From: Marsupella aquatica
Taxonomy: Eukaryota; Plantae; Marchantiophyta
NCBI GenBank assembly: GCA_973895155.1
Contig: OZ316893.1
Coordinates: forward strand, 12,106,359 to 12,170,358
DNA length: 64,000 nucleotides
Reading direction: 5' to 3'
In this document: piece by piece, positions 51,886-64,000 of the stretch
How the letters are laid out: each line of letters starts with the position of its first letter
Position numbering within the stretch: the first letter of the stretch is position 1
Notes under the pieces: model-generated
What the model saw: only the letters and a program-made list of their open reading frames with translations
Database searches by the model: none
What the model was told of the DNA's origin: nothing
Made by a program: the position numbers and the translations under genes

Positions 51886-52512
51886 CTTATAATATGGATA
51901 TGGATAGAATAGATAGATAGAAGATAGATGTGAGTTCCGAGTGCGCCTGCACGGTACCACAATGCGGTACCACTCTGATGAAGTCATGATTGTCTCACGA
52001 GCTTTTTACACTTCAGAAGTGTAGAGTAGACCCAACTGAAGTGGACTGCGGTGGCATCGCAATCCTGCACTGCTGTTTTTGCCATCCACCGTTCCGTTCT
52101 GTCCTGTGGCAAAAGCAGAGTACAGTACCGTACCCGCCCAATTCAACAGATGAGGTGAGGACGTGGGGTCTCGCTGCCAGCGATATCGCCGGTTTCTCAT
52201 TCCATTGAATCCATTCCATGGTGTGGAAGGGTTTTGTGTTGTTGTTTTCTTTTTGTTCGGGCTGAAGCGTTTTTGTTGAGGAGGGCTGATTGTGTGGGAT
52301 CTCTGGTGAATCATGTGGTCGCTTTGACAAATAAGCTCATTTAGGTGAACTGTGTAAGCAATGAATCAACTAATCCATCAATGATTTCCTTGAATCACAC
52401 AATCAAACAGTCACCCAATCCATCAATCATCCAGGCAAGGCAAGGGTAGGGAGAGTGAGAGAGAGAGGGTGGTGGCAAGGAGGAAGGAATCTGCTGGGAC
52501 AGGGAGAGAGCG

Positions 52513-55500
52513 ATGATGAATGGGAAGAAGGATGCGTCGGAGTCAGAGTCTCGTCCTCTGAAGCGGTCGCGAGAAGAGTTGGAGACAGAGAAGGCAGAGG
52601 AAGAGGAAGGGCTCGTGGCTCTAGTGAAGAAGCGTCGATCGGATGTCAAGCAGCTCGAGGATCGTATTTCTACGCTCAGAAATGAGGTATGTTTGTGTGG
52701 GTCACTCACCTCCAACAGTAGTCATAGATGCGTCCTCTTAATCAAGATGCATTTTTATGGAGCTTGGCGCCTTTCTGCTCCTTTTTATGAAACTCATCCG
52801 TTTGCCGTCCCAGCCCTTTTCTTGATAAATTCAGCTCTCTTACATCTGCCAAGTGTTACAGAATTGCATGTTGGACCTACCCAATTCCTTCCATTACCGG
52901 TTACAATAAGATTCTACGATTCTCTCTATCTCTCTCGCTCTTCATTATGTTCTATCATCCACAAATCTCTTTCGATTCCATGACCCAATTTGTTCTGGTG
53001 GAATTCGTTCGTTCATTCGTCCATCCATCCATTTATGTGCAACCGAAGAGAAGTCGTTTGATTGATCCTTTCTTCCTCGTTCTATACCATCCAAAATTGC
53101 CTTCATGCTCCCTTGTTTCCAAACTTCTGAAAAACGTTCAAGCATCAATAAGCAACATCACACTAAGAGATTTCTGTCCTCTCTGCAGTTGGATGCTGCC
53201 AAAACCAAACTTGGGGCAGCGCAGTCCCTCCTGCAGGCTATGCAGGGGGGTTCTGCCAGGAGCGAGGATAGGATGAAGAGAGATCTTCCCGAATCTGCGC
53301 TGAGACACGACAATGGTCATGGCAAAGGAGACGCCAAGGCTGGCACTCCGAATGGGTCGAGACTGCAACGTCCACCTTCCCTACACGGCAGGAGTAGCGA
53401 CAAAGCACAAGTTCAGGATACGTCTGATGCGAACAAATCCCCTGAGAAGTCGAGATTGGATAATTCAGGGGGAAGAGCAGCTAGTGAGGTAGATAGGAGA
53501 GACAGAAGAAGGTCTGATGAAAATGAAAACCAGGCTGGGCCAAGGTTTAGTAAGCCAGGGAGAGACAAGGTCCCATCAGAAGCGGATAGAAGAGATAGAA
53601 AGCTCCAGGAAAGAATTTCAGGTATGATTTTTCGACTATGCTTGCCTGGCGTATCTGCATCTCCTACCTCAATGTCTAACAGTAGTATGTCCTGAGATGG
53701 TTTTGCGGCGAAGGGGTTGTAGAGCCTCCAGTAATTCTGACACCCATACAAGTAAGTAGCTTTGCTCTTGAATTGGTTGACTAGATTCTCATGTTATGGA
53801 AACTCTTACTATACTTCTCGGGGTACCATTTGAAGGGAGTGAGACAGAGCAGAAAGTGCCCAAATCTTCATCGCAGCCTCGACAACCCGAACACACAGAT
53901 TTGATTATGACCATCAAAAGTAAATCAAAGGCCCAGCGAGTGGCTTTCTTCACTCCGGTATTTACAGGCAGCCAGCACAGGCGAAAAATGAGGAATCTTG
54001 TGCTGAATCCAGCAAGTGAGAATCAATGCGCTACAAGGTATGTGAATTTAACGTTTTCCATCAATGTAAAAAAAAAGCACCTCGTATGCTTTACCGATCA
54101 TTTCAACACATTATGTGCTTTTGGATCTGAAAAACTGTAATATTTGCATCTGCAGTGCATTGGACGGTGTCATTAATTTCTGGCAAATTCATTCCAAGGG
54201 GTAAGAATATTTTCCTACCAGAGGAACAAGGGGATGTCCTCAAAATCCCAAATTGAATGTTGATTTTGGTAGTGTATCTTTAATAAAATCGCACGAGTAG
54301 ATTCGGCTGCGTTTTTTAATTTCTTAACGGCGTGATGTAGTAGATTTTGGCTACGTTTACTTATCATTGAGCGCTAGTGATGCTGGGTTCTTTATATACT
54401 TATGCGGTCATGTTATTGATATCACTCAGTACTTCAACGTATCTGACTGCTTCGAAAATTTGTGGGTCCTACTTGCACTGTGGTGGTGAATTTCAGACTT
54501 GATGTTAATTTTCGATACACAGTGGACTGTCTTTCCCCGGGACAGAGACATTGGCCGGAGGACCTGACATGGCACCCCGATGGGCACAGTTTGTTTGCTT
54601 GCTACACTGCTGATAATGCAGATTCTCAAGTAGCGATAATTAAAAATGATAATAAACAGGTCAGTTCCCTCTGTTGTTGACATCCGCTGCGTTCCTCACA
54701 TTTTGTCAAGATAGATGATGAATTACTTCCTGATTGCTTCTCTACAATAATGGATTATGTTCCTTGGGCTAAGTGATAAAGTGAAGAATTACACGTGTGA
54801 GTTTAAAAGATAGTTTTGGTTCAGACTTTGTCTTCCGTTTGAAGGTTTCTCCCCGAGCTTTGTAAATAGTTTCTCACATAAGAAGAACGTGATATTACAG
54901 AAGAAGGTGCACTTTTTGCCAGCCAAGCCCCATGTCAAGGGTATTTTGAATGGAATAACATTCATGCCTTGGAGCAGCTCTCTGTTTGTGACTGGCGGCA
55001 GTGACCATATGGTTCACTTGTGGCGCGAACAAGAGGAAGAGGATGCGTGGAAACCCAAGTTACTGCATGCGAGCCTTCACACATCAGCTGTGCATGGCGT
55101 TGCAGGTATCCGGCACAAGCAGCTTGTACTCTCAGCTGGTGCTGATAAGCGAGTGATTGGTTTCGACCCTGTTGCTAACAGAGGAGCCTTGAGACATGAT
55201 TTGGAGAGCAAAGCTATGACTGTGCTCCCAAACACTGTGGATTTCAACCTTTTCATGGTACAAACAGGGTAATTACTGATTGGCCTCCTCTATTAATATC
55301 AACTGCCCGCGAACCGCTTTCCCTGCGTTGTGGTATTTTGCCCAAGGCACTAGAGGTTGCATCATTGATATACTATGTGGCAAATCCTCCATCTTTCTGG
55401 ATCTGAGTGCAATTGTAATTGTTAAACCCCCTCCCCTCCCCTCCCCTCCCCACCTCGTTCTCCTTCCCTAATCAAGTGTTCTATTTAGGTTAGATTTCAA

Positions 55501-55865
55501 AAGTTTGTTCTAGGTACTGACAGTTGGAACGATCTTCCTGCAGACAACCAAACAAGCAGTTGCACTTGTTTGACATTCGATCCAGGACAGAGCTGCACAC
55601 ATTCGGGTGGCAACAAGAGAGCAGTGATACACAATCAACCCTGATAACGCAGTCATGGTCCCCTGATGGGTTTTACACAGCATCTGGGTCAGCTGACCCT
55701 AAAATTGTCATATTTGATATCCGGTACAATGGACGGGAGCCTGCCCAAACCATCTATGCTCATACAAAGCGCGTTTTCATGGCTGTTTGGCACCAGACCC
55801 TCCCATTAATGCTCTCTATTTCATCGGATTTAAATATTGGCGTGCACAGAATATCTGGGAAATAA
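52513..55865 (+). CDS. WD40-repeat protein with N-terminal coiled coil and low-complexity linker; 7 exons
   Basis: Exons 52513-52686, 53189-53621, 53836-54037, 54156-54200, 54497-54659, 54901-55268 and 55544-55865, all GT-AG with consistent phase. WD motifs TSALDGVINFW, TGGSDHMVHLW, SAGADKRVIGFD, SGSADPKIVIFD. Confidence 0.9.
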
Positions 55866-58424
55866 GATGGGCCCTGAACATGGTGGCACCGACTTCCAAC
55901 TTCTGGCTTCTCCTTTAGCTAATCTCTGTATCCGTAACAAGGTCTTGGTTGAGGTAAGCTACAGATTTACTTTGTTTTTGGTTGAGCCTTAACTTCTTTA
56001 ACACTGAGTTGAGTCGCTGATCAAGGCGAGTCAATGGACAGCAGTAATAGTAGAAGTCTTTCCTCTTGCCTTCGGGTTTTTGCGAACAAAGAACTCAATC
56101 TGTGAAGCTTGTACACATGGTGCAGGTACTGGCACCATGTCACGTTGAAGCGCTCCCTGTTTTCCTTGTCAACTCATGGCAGGTTTGAGCATCTGCGACA
56201 TTATACATCCCGAGGATGGGTGTATCAGTCTTTCTCAAATGGAGAAATAGAATTTGGATACAATGTTGGGTCTTGTGAAGGCTTAAGTTAAGAAGCAGAG
56301 AGAAGGATCTCGAGGAGGGCTTCTCAATTTGAATCGAGCGTTATTTACTTCTCCGCGTTTTGAGTTCCAACGTCTTGTACAGACATCATCATATTCCAAT
56401 GTTTTGATGACTAATAGTTGCAGTCACCAATGTCGTACTTATGCCCAGTATGACGATGTCTGTGCACTGGATATTGTTATGCTTTATGGGGGTCAAGTCC
56501 CTCTCGGTTTGTGGTGGACATTGTTAAGCCATCAGTTACAACTAGGGGTCTTGAGGGGTTGACCATTGGACAGATAAATCTGCAGATGCATCAAGTACTC
56601 CCAGTTGTTGAAAACCAAGCAGTGTGGGGAATCTCTTCCGTAAGCACTTTAACATCGCTGTCCACAAAGGTGAAAGTTGTCACCTCATGGTCGAACCAGG
56701 TGTCAGTGCTCATGAAGTTGTCAAATTTTGAATGTTCTAAATCGGTGGGAATTGTGGTAGATTTGTAATATTTGGTCAAAAGACATCTTGAAGCTGGTTT
56801 TATTAAGTGGAATTTTTGCAACTTCAGAGTCAGCTAAGATGATGGACAACGCTGTACTTGAGGCTGATTGTGGTGGAAAGCTTTCTGAAGTAACGAAATA
56901 GGAAGTCTAGTTCATCCAAAAACGCGCTCTGTTGTTTGAGGACAAGTGAGTCGATAGGGGCTTTAGCAAGTTGACTACATTTTCGGACTTGGGAAGTATA
57001 TGGAATGTAAGAAACCCACAATTTTATAGACCAGGAAGTGCATGAGTTTGAAGCAATTTTGGGAGCCAATTCAGATTTCTCAACTCGTTAAAGGAACTTG
57101 CGTAAGGTGCTTAAAGTCTATATTGTACCAAAACGAATTTCAACCTTCACAACCTAAACTTGAGTAAACAAGGTAAGAACGAATAGACGTGCGATTGCGT
57201 GTCAATTGACAATGTACAAGATCTGGCGTGATTTGACACGGTGGTCACCCATGGGGAAAAACAATGAGATGTACCTACAATCAGGCCCCCTTGGCTGGAT
57301 ATGATACGGCGAACCCGTGGCGAAAAAGACGATGAGATACATTTACAGACAGGTCCCCTTGGATCAGAGCTTATTCACCAAACAGTATCCATTTCAGACC
57401 CAAGATTGTCTCTGTTACTCTTTTGTTGACGGATTGTATCGTCCTACTGAGTTGACTAGTGTTCCTGGGTGGTGCTGTGGCTCCCATGCGGGTGGCCCAA
57501 GTTTGGTCAGGTTTTGGTATCGCTGATGTTGAGTGCTGCCTTTTGCCACTCCCTGGATTTGAAGAAAGTGCCTGGTGCTGCCTTCGGAAACCACTTTACT
57601 AAACAATTAAAGAAGGGATCGGAAGAGAACCCTCTTTACCAAACAATTAAACAAGAAAATAAAAAATGTATACAACTAACCAGAGGCAACACACAGCAGT
57701 ACAAAAATTCGAGGAGGATGTGCCTAGTGAGATTGAAGTTCTTGCTCAACGCCCCCCTCCCAGATAAAAAGTATTCCGAACCTGTGCATCCTGAATTTCA
57801 GTGCTCACTGGTCGAACTTTCAGCTTGACAACAATCGTGGTTGAGCGTGAACAAATCAAATCGTTTTGTGTTGCGTCGAAAATTATATTGTGGACGATGA
57901 TAAATTTGAACTAGCAGACAGCGAAAATGTGATTGTGGACAATGATAAATTTGAAGTGACAGTGAAGGGTAATCTGTGTGTGGGATATTCGTATGCCAAT
58001 TGGGTAGGTGCAACGAGTGTTCAGAAAGGTTGCAATGATTGTCGGTTCAGTGAAAAGAATGTACATTACGAATGGCATGTCCTAGGGAAATGACTAGTGT
58101 TTGCAGAAGCCCAAAAGTACGCGCACTGGAGGGGAGAAGTCGGACGGGGCTCGATAGGAGAAAGTCTTATATAAGTAGTTACCAAGGTAACAAGCGGGAG
58201 TTCGGGGCAGGTTCGCTTTTGGTTTGCGGACAACTTAATGAATCAGTGATTGAATGACTGAATGGTTGCGAAGGTCAAGCCTTTGGGAGCAGCATCCTGT
58301 CGAGTATTAGGCGTTCCATCCCCATGCCGCTATTTGAGGGGTTCCAGTTGTGGCAGTAGAGACTTCTTTTTGCAAGGGATGAGGGACATTACGGGAATTA
58401 TCTCTAGCTAGACCCAACAGCACT

Positions 58425-61400
58425 ATGGCGGAGAAGAGGAGTATCTTGGATGTCACGATGAAGAATGCCAGAGCTAAGAGAACCACTGTTGCTGTGAAAA
58501 GGCCTGCAAGCGTCTTCGGAACCCTCTTACGAAAAAGCTAAGGTCGTGGACGAGGTGGAGGTCAATGGTGATACTACCATATCTGTTTCTGCAACTGGGA
58601 AGAAGAAGGAGAAGAAGAAGCAACGGGCGTGGATAAAGTGGACGCAGAGTTGTTGAAAAAACTAGCAGACTTTGATCCAAAGAAGGCTGCATTCTGGAAG
58701 GACGGAGAGCAAGTTCTTTTTATCTGTTTTGCCAAGGCTCTGGGCTGTAGGCATCTTCCTCTCAAACTTTTCTTTTCGTCGGAGGGCTCTGTAATTTGAT
58801 TTTAGCTCTGGAGCTTCAAAAGAGTCAATAATTTTCTAATGATGTGACACTCGCTTGTGTTGTTTTGATCCGAATTTCTTCCAACTTAGATGGCCTGTCA
58901 CTCCTCTCCAGTCAAGGAGGACATTCTTTCTTTCCAAATTGCAGTCGTAAAGAAGGACCAGTTCAGTTCGAGTAGGTTGTTGTTGTTCAATATTCCAAAA
59001 GCAATTATAAATAAAGGTTTATTTCACAGCAATTAGAACCTCTTCGACACGAAAGCATATGCCACGAAGTGCCGCCTCAGAGCTTGATTTCTAGGTTTGT
59101 AGACCATTTGCAAAAACAATCATGTGCACCTTTGTATGTAGACTTTTGGCTCGGAGAAAATACCGCAATTGCATTCACTACAACCTTGAAGATGTTGGGT
59201 TATCTCTTGTTGTATTAGTAGCAGGTATTTGAACAAAGTGTCCTAGCCAGACTAAGTTGCTTCTTGAATGCATTTGTTTCCCTCGAAGAGTTTCAGTTGT
59301 CGGAGACGCTCATTGTTTGTTGATGGGGTGGCAGTAATAGCAAATGAATCCAAGCGACTGGTAATCACCAAAATTCTCTGCAATATGTTTCGTACTGTTA
59401 TCGCAACCACCCCCGGAGACCACCTATCAGTGGTTTACCTTTCTGCCAACAAGGTTGCTCCGGCACATGAGGGAATTGAGCTGGGTACAGGAGACGCTGC
59501 AATTATCAAAACCCTTGCTGAAGCTTGTGGAACCAACGAAGATAAGATCAAAAGGTCATTTGTTTTTCTCTCATCACTGTGCAAAGAATAGACCTCACGT
59601 ATATGTGTGATGTATATTCTTAAAGTCTCATATTGCAATTTAGACCTGATCTTAAAGAACCCAAATCTCAATGTATCTGTAGCAAGTTTAGAAGTTATCT
59701 TGCATTATACTGGCTGTGCTGAAATTAAACACACAAGCATGAGAATTAATCTTTACAAATTGATCATATTGGAATCGGTGGATCAAAGATTCATTTTCTG
59801 CTGTTTATTCCCGAGTCCAAAGCCAGTCGGTCAACACAGCGATTAATGTTTAAGACCCAGCCTTTGACCTGCGTCAAGGAATTAGAAGCATTTCGTTTCA
59901 TTGCGAAGGTGTAGCCCTCCCATTAAATCCTTTGCTCATGCTATGTTTAGATCATCGTTTGGGTAAGTTCATTTGGTTGGAATGAGATTCATCTGACATC
60001 TGTCAATAATAGACCGCTGGACAGTTGGTGTACACTATCAAAGTTCTTGTTTGACGTTATGGGTGGGTATTGCTCCGAGGACACCAAGAATCAGGGAATC
60101 AAAAGCCAGGAGAAGAAACGGGGACGGATGAGAGCTTTGCTAGTTGCTCGAATCAATTGTGAACCTCAATATCTTGTTCGTCTTCTTCAGGTAAGTTTTC
60201 CTGCTTGTGGTATTTCTCAAGGTTGGACGTTGATGCTCGTGAGAGCCTTACCATAAGCAAGCCAGGAAGGCCACTGACAGTTACTGCAGATGATTATAAG
60301 GGTGCATAGCTCAAACTGGCCGCTATTAGTCAATTTCAGGCAGAGGAGGGCTACATCTAGCCATTTGAAAGGTGGATAGCTATTTTCTCCATGAATCATT
60401 ACACGACGTTCCAAATTTAGTTCATGATGCTCTAAAATGTACACCTTTTAAATACAGTTCTGGAGCAAGATGAACAATGCCTCAGTGTTAATACTTGTCC
60501 AATCTCTCTCTGGAGGGCTTAACTCTGTTTTATCTACACACGAAAGAAAACTTCAGTCGGTGAAATGTTATTTGTATAGGCGCAACAAAGAGGTCCCATA
60601 ACTTGCTTAAACTGAAGAAGGACTATATGGACAGGTAACTTATGCACCGACTTGTGTCCTCTGAGTTCACCTTTCCAAGTTCACAAGCAACAAGATTTTC
60701 AAAGTCTAGGTTCCCTCGCTCATTTTTGTCACTAAAGTGTAAATCCAGATATGGGTTCCACTTCGTGGCATTTATAAATCAACTATCTGCACCAATTGGT
60801 TCATGGGGAGTCGACAATGTGTTTCTCTCATGGGTATTGCATCTTGTTGCAGCAGACGTATTTGATTTCCTTGTAGATTCACCTTGAACCAAAACATGAA
60901 CGAATGATTGAAAAGAATCTTATTAATAGTTACTTATGGGCTTGAGATGGCGTATATTCCCTACTACTTCTGGATGAATGTGGATCTTGCTGAATCCATG
61001 ATGCAATTGGTCTTTGTGAGAATGTTGTGTGAAAGATTCTTAAGCATTTTCCTTCGTCTTTAACTAGTGGGTTACTGTCCCATTTCAGTGTCGGAGATTC
61101 TCTAGATCTTGTTCCAATCGGCGGATTTCTTGGCGAAGGAAAGCGAACCGGTAAGATCCTTGTGCTAGTCATGAAAGATGATTGTTCTTTGTCTATCTAG
61201 CTTGGCTTGTAATTCCTTTATCAAGGATTGTCTGGATCCCTTAAATGAAACTTCAGTGTCTCAGATGTTCGGCATATAGTAGAATACGGGCGTCTATAGC
61301 TAGCTCAAAATCTGCCATCCTACCTTTATGTGTTAGTCTGATTCTGGTGTCTACTTCTCAGATAGCACGGTTTTCCAACTCGCTTGTTGCAGGTGTTTAT

Positions 61401-61465
61401 GGACCTATTCTGTTGGCTTGCTATGATGACGATTCAGAAGAGTATCAGAGCATTTGTAATTACGG
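58425..61465 (+). pseudogene. LIG1: DNA ligase 1 pseudogene/partial copy (intron-containing)
   Basis: LIG1-like exon remnants FDPKKAAFWKDGEQV, VYLSANKVAPAHEGIELG, CEPQYLVRLLQ, LKLKKDYMD, GDSLDLVPIG...GKRTG, YGPILLACYDDDSEEYQSIC. There is an early stop or frameshift in exon 1, and I see no KxDG adenylation exon. Confidence 0.8.
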
Positions 61466-62606
61466 TAAATGGTGCTTGCCTTTGAAAACGTTTCTGTTCA
61501 TAGCTTGTGCAGATATTTGCGCATGGATGGTTTTAGAACCCACCTTAGTTCGCTCGCAGAGCACATTGTGGAAAGCTTCATCTGGGACAGAGTAATTTGC
61601 TCCCATTTTGGGTTGGCATGTAGACACTGTCAAGAGAGCATCCGCTCCTACGATAAGAATAGGATGCGAGCGGTAGTACTGGACTTTCTAGCTAGACCAT
61701 CGAATTTGGAAATTAGATCAATGAATTAAGTTGACTCACTTGGCTGGAGTCTTAGACATGTTTCCAGCACAAATCAATCATGGCAAACTTTGTGCAGACC
61801 TGGTTTCTTTTAGCAGGTGTTCGATGTAATACTCTACAATTCCATGTTCCTTACACTCATTCCCTCCTGCCCGCAGGTTGCAATAATGTATCGATCAAAA
61901 AAGATCAATCATCATCAGGGAGGGAATGGAGACGATGACGAAGATTAAGAACCATAAGTTTCTTGGGAAACGGAGATGTGTATTTGGAGACCTTCACGAG
62001 GTCCGTCCCCAGCAATATCATTGCGAAACCTGCAGCGTTTCGGATTCAAGTACCAATTATGCTTCACTCGGTACACTTCTTGGGGACTTTGTCAAGATCT
62101 GTCAACATTTGCGACAAGTTTTCAAGAGGCTAGAAATTGAAAGCAACTTGTAAACAGCAGAATTATCCCCACAATTTGTCAAAGTAATGGTTTTGCTACA
62201 TCTCACTGAGTTGTACTCCATTGACATAGGAGATGTTCGAGTAACATCAATTTGAAAGGGGAGACTGAATTTGTCAGCCCTCACCGAAAATTCCTCGCCA
62301 CTTCAGGATTTTGTACAAATTGAGAGTGTAGATGTCGAGGGTGTTGACTCTGCTGGCAGCATAGCAGGCATTCAAGCCTACAGAATCTAGAATCAGCTGA
62401 CCGTTTAGGAGGAATGATTGACACTCGGGAGCTATGACTCACTTCGATGCCTATTTTCTAAAATAACAAGAAAAACACTCGAGATTTAGGGGGCTCATAC
62501 CTCAAAGGATGAATTCTGGGAGAACAACACAACTTCCAGGTGGAGTGCGTCATGGTATTTGGCATTAGATGTCTGAACAGGAGAACTTGGGAGAAAGAGC
62601 ACAGAA

Positions 62607-62750
62607 GACTGAAAGACTAGGATTCCTTATAGAGCTCAGACTAGAAGACTAGGATTCCTTATAGAGCTCAGACTGAAAGACTAGGATTCTTGATTGAGCT
62701 TCCTTATCGAGCTCACAATGAAAGACTAGGATTCTTGATTGAGCTCAGCT
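62607..62750. repeat. ~32-bp tandem repeat, ~4 copies
   Basis: GACTGAAAGACTAGGATTC(C)TT...GAGCTCA repeated. Confidence 0.85.
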
Positions 62751-63890
62751 CCTTTATTCCAATTCCAGAATGGGACATCAATTTAGTCCATGTCTATGCT
62801 GCACTGCTGTCTTGCTTCTCTCAAGTACATTCATAAAGCATTGTCTCAATAAAATCTCCTAATGGATCAAATAGTATGAGGAGTACATGTGAATAATGAC
62901 AAAGAGAATGCACTTTCTCTAACTTACACCCCCAAAAGGGAACGAAGATGTGTGGCCCTAAGTACATCTTATCTCTAACTAATCAAGCTTTAAAACCTAA
63001 CCCAAGTAAGGCCAAAATAACAATTGAAAACTAGAGTCAATACTTTGTCACACTGGGTATTTAATGCCTAGTAACCAAACCCACTTGCCCGGTTTGGACT
63101 TGCCGGAAAGTGAGGGGTCTGGACCCCGTCATCCATCACACCTGGTTGTCACAACCGCCCGGTCACCCAGGGTCAGGGTTGCGGCCAGGTGGTGGGGTCG
63201 GGCCTGGTGGCAGGATGATCAGGCCAGGCTGGGCGGCGGGAAGGGGTTTGGGAGTCTAGGGGAGTCGGGGACCGGGCCGGAAGGGAAGGGAAGGGAAGGG
63301 AAGGGAAGGGAAGGGAAGGGTGGGAACAACAGGTCAGGGAAGGGGAGTCCGGGGGAGCCCCAGGCTGGGCCGGGAGAGTTCGGGACCGGTTGGGGAATAC
63401 AGGCAAATATGCGTCATTAGGCCCCTTTTTGGAACTGTAATGTGAGGAGTTTATGGGTTGGGCAACTCATAAACCAAGTTGGGTTGGAGATGCTCGCAGC
63501 ACTGGGAGTGAGAGATTTAGTAGTATTCTTGTCTTGTCTTGTCTTGCCTTGCTATAAAACAGAGCACGTGGAGGTGCACTGCAGGAATTTTGGGCCCCTC
63601 TAATAAGCATAGATATGATAGAATGGTGCAAGGCTGCAACCTGTTTCGAGCTTTTCTGAGAAAGATTCCTGCTGATTCTCAAGGACAGCATGAGTGCTAC
63701 TGAGTGCTGACCAATGACTGAATTGAAAGTCTCACTTCCTGGAAAGAAGAAAGAATTTTCTGGAGTCTGGACACCCACAAGACAATGGAGGTAGTGATTG
63801 CTCTGAGCCAGTGGCCTTCGCTGTTCGGCAGTGAAATCAGCTGACTCTATTCGTTGGTCTGAATGAGATACTTTTCTTTCAATGCAATAG

Positions 63891-63893
<3 letters not shown>

Positions 63894-63931
<38 letters not shown>
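63894..63931. repeat. (AG)n microsatellite
   Basis: Pure AG run. Confidence 0.97.
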
Positions 63932-63934
<3 letters not shown>

Positions 63935-64000
63935 TTTCTTGGGGTTTTTGGAAAGGAGGGGAGAAGTGAGATGGTGGGACTCTACTCGTCGGTCTGAAGT

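Noticed and set aside
56290-57130. Possible decayed coding fragment on the minus strand
   Set aside because: Short broken ORFs with no motif I can assign.

Overview
Eukaryotic nuclear DNA from a land plant: it has spliceosomal introns, plastid-targeted genes, tRNA-iMet-primed LTR elements and plant-type snoRNAs. A non-seed plant such as a bryophyte is my inference. The main discovery candidate is a ~10-kb Ty3/gypsy-class retroelement at 1217-11209. It encodes Gag, protease, a C5 cytosine DNA methyltransferase, RT, RNase H, a DDE integrase and a PHD finger. Instead of two ordinary LTRs it has a permuted A-[internal]-B-gc-A-B terminal layout with a palindromic B|A junction, a 4-bp target duplication and a 16-nt self-complementary (tRNA-independent) primer site. 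This layout fits integration of a circular two-LTR intermediate through an internal att site. The window also holds a DUF1997 gene (-), a plastid IscA/SufA gene (+), a minus-strand snoRNA cluster including U14, a complete Copia element (-) with a chromovirus nested in its integrase (the chromovirus has AGT...ACT ends), a 7-exon WD40 gene (+), a decayed DNA ligase 1 copy lacking its catalytic core, and several tandem repeats. Coordinates, exon boundaries and alignments were read by eye; no database searches were run.
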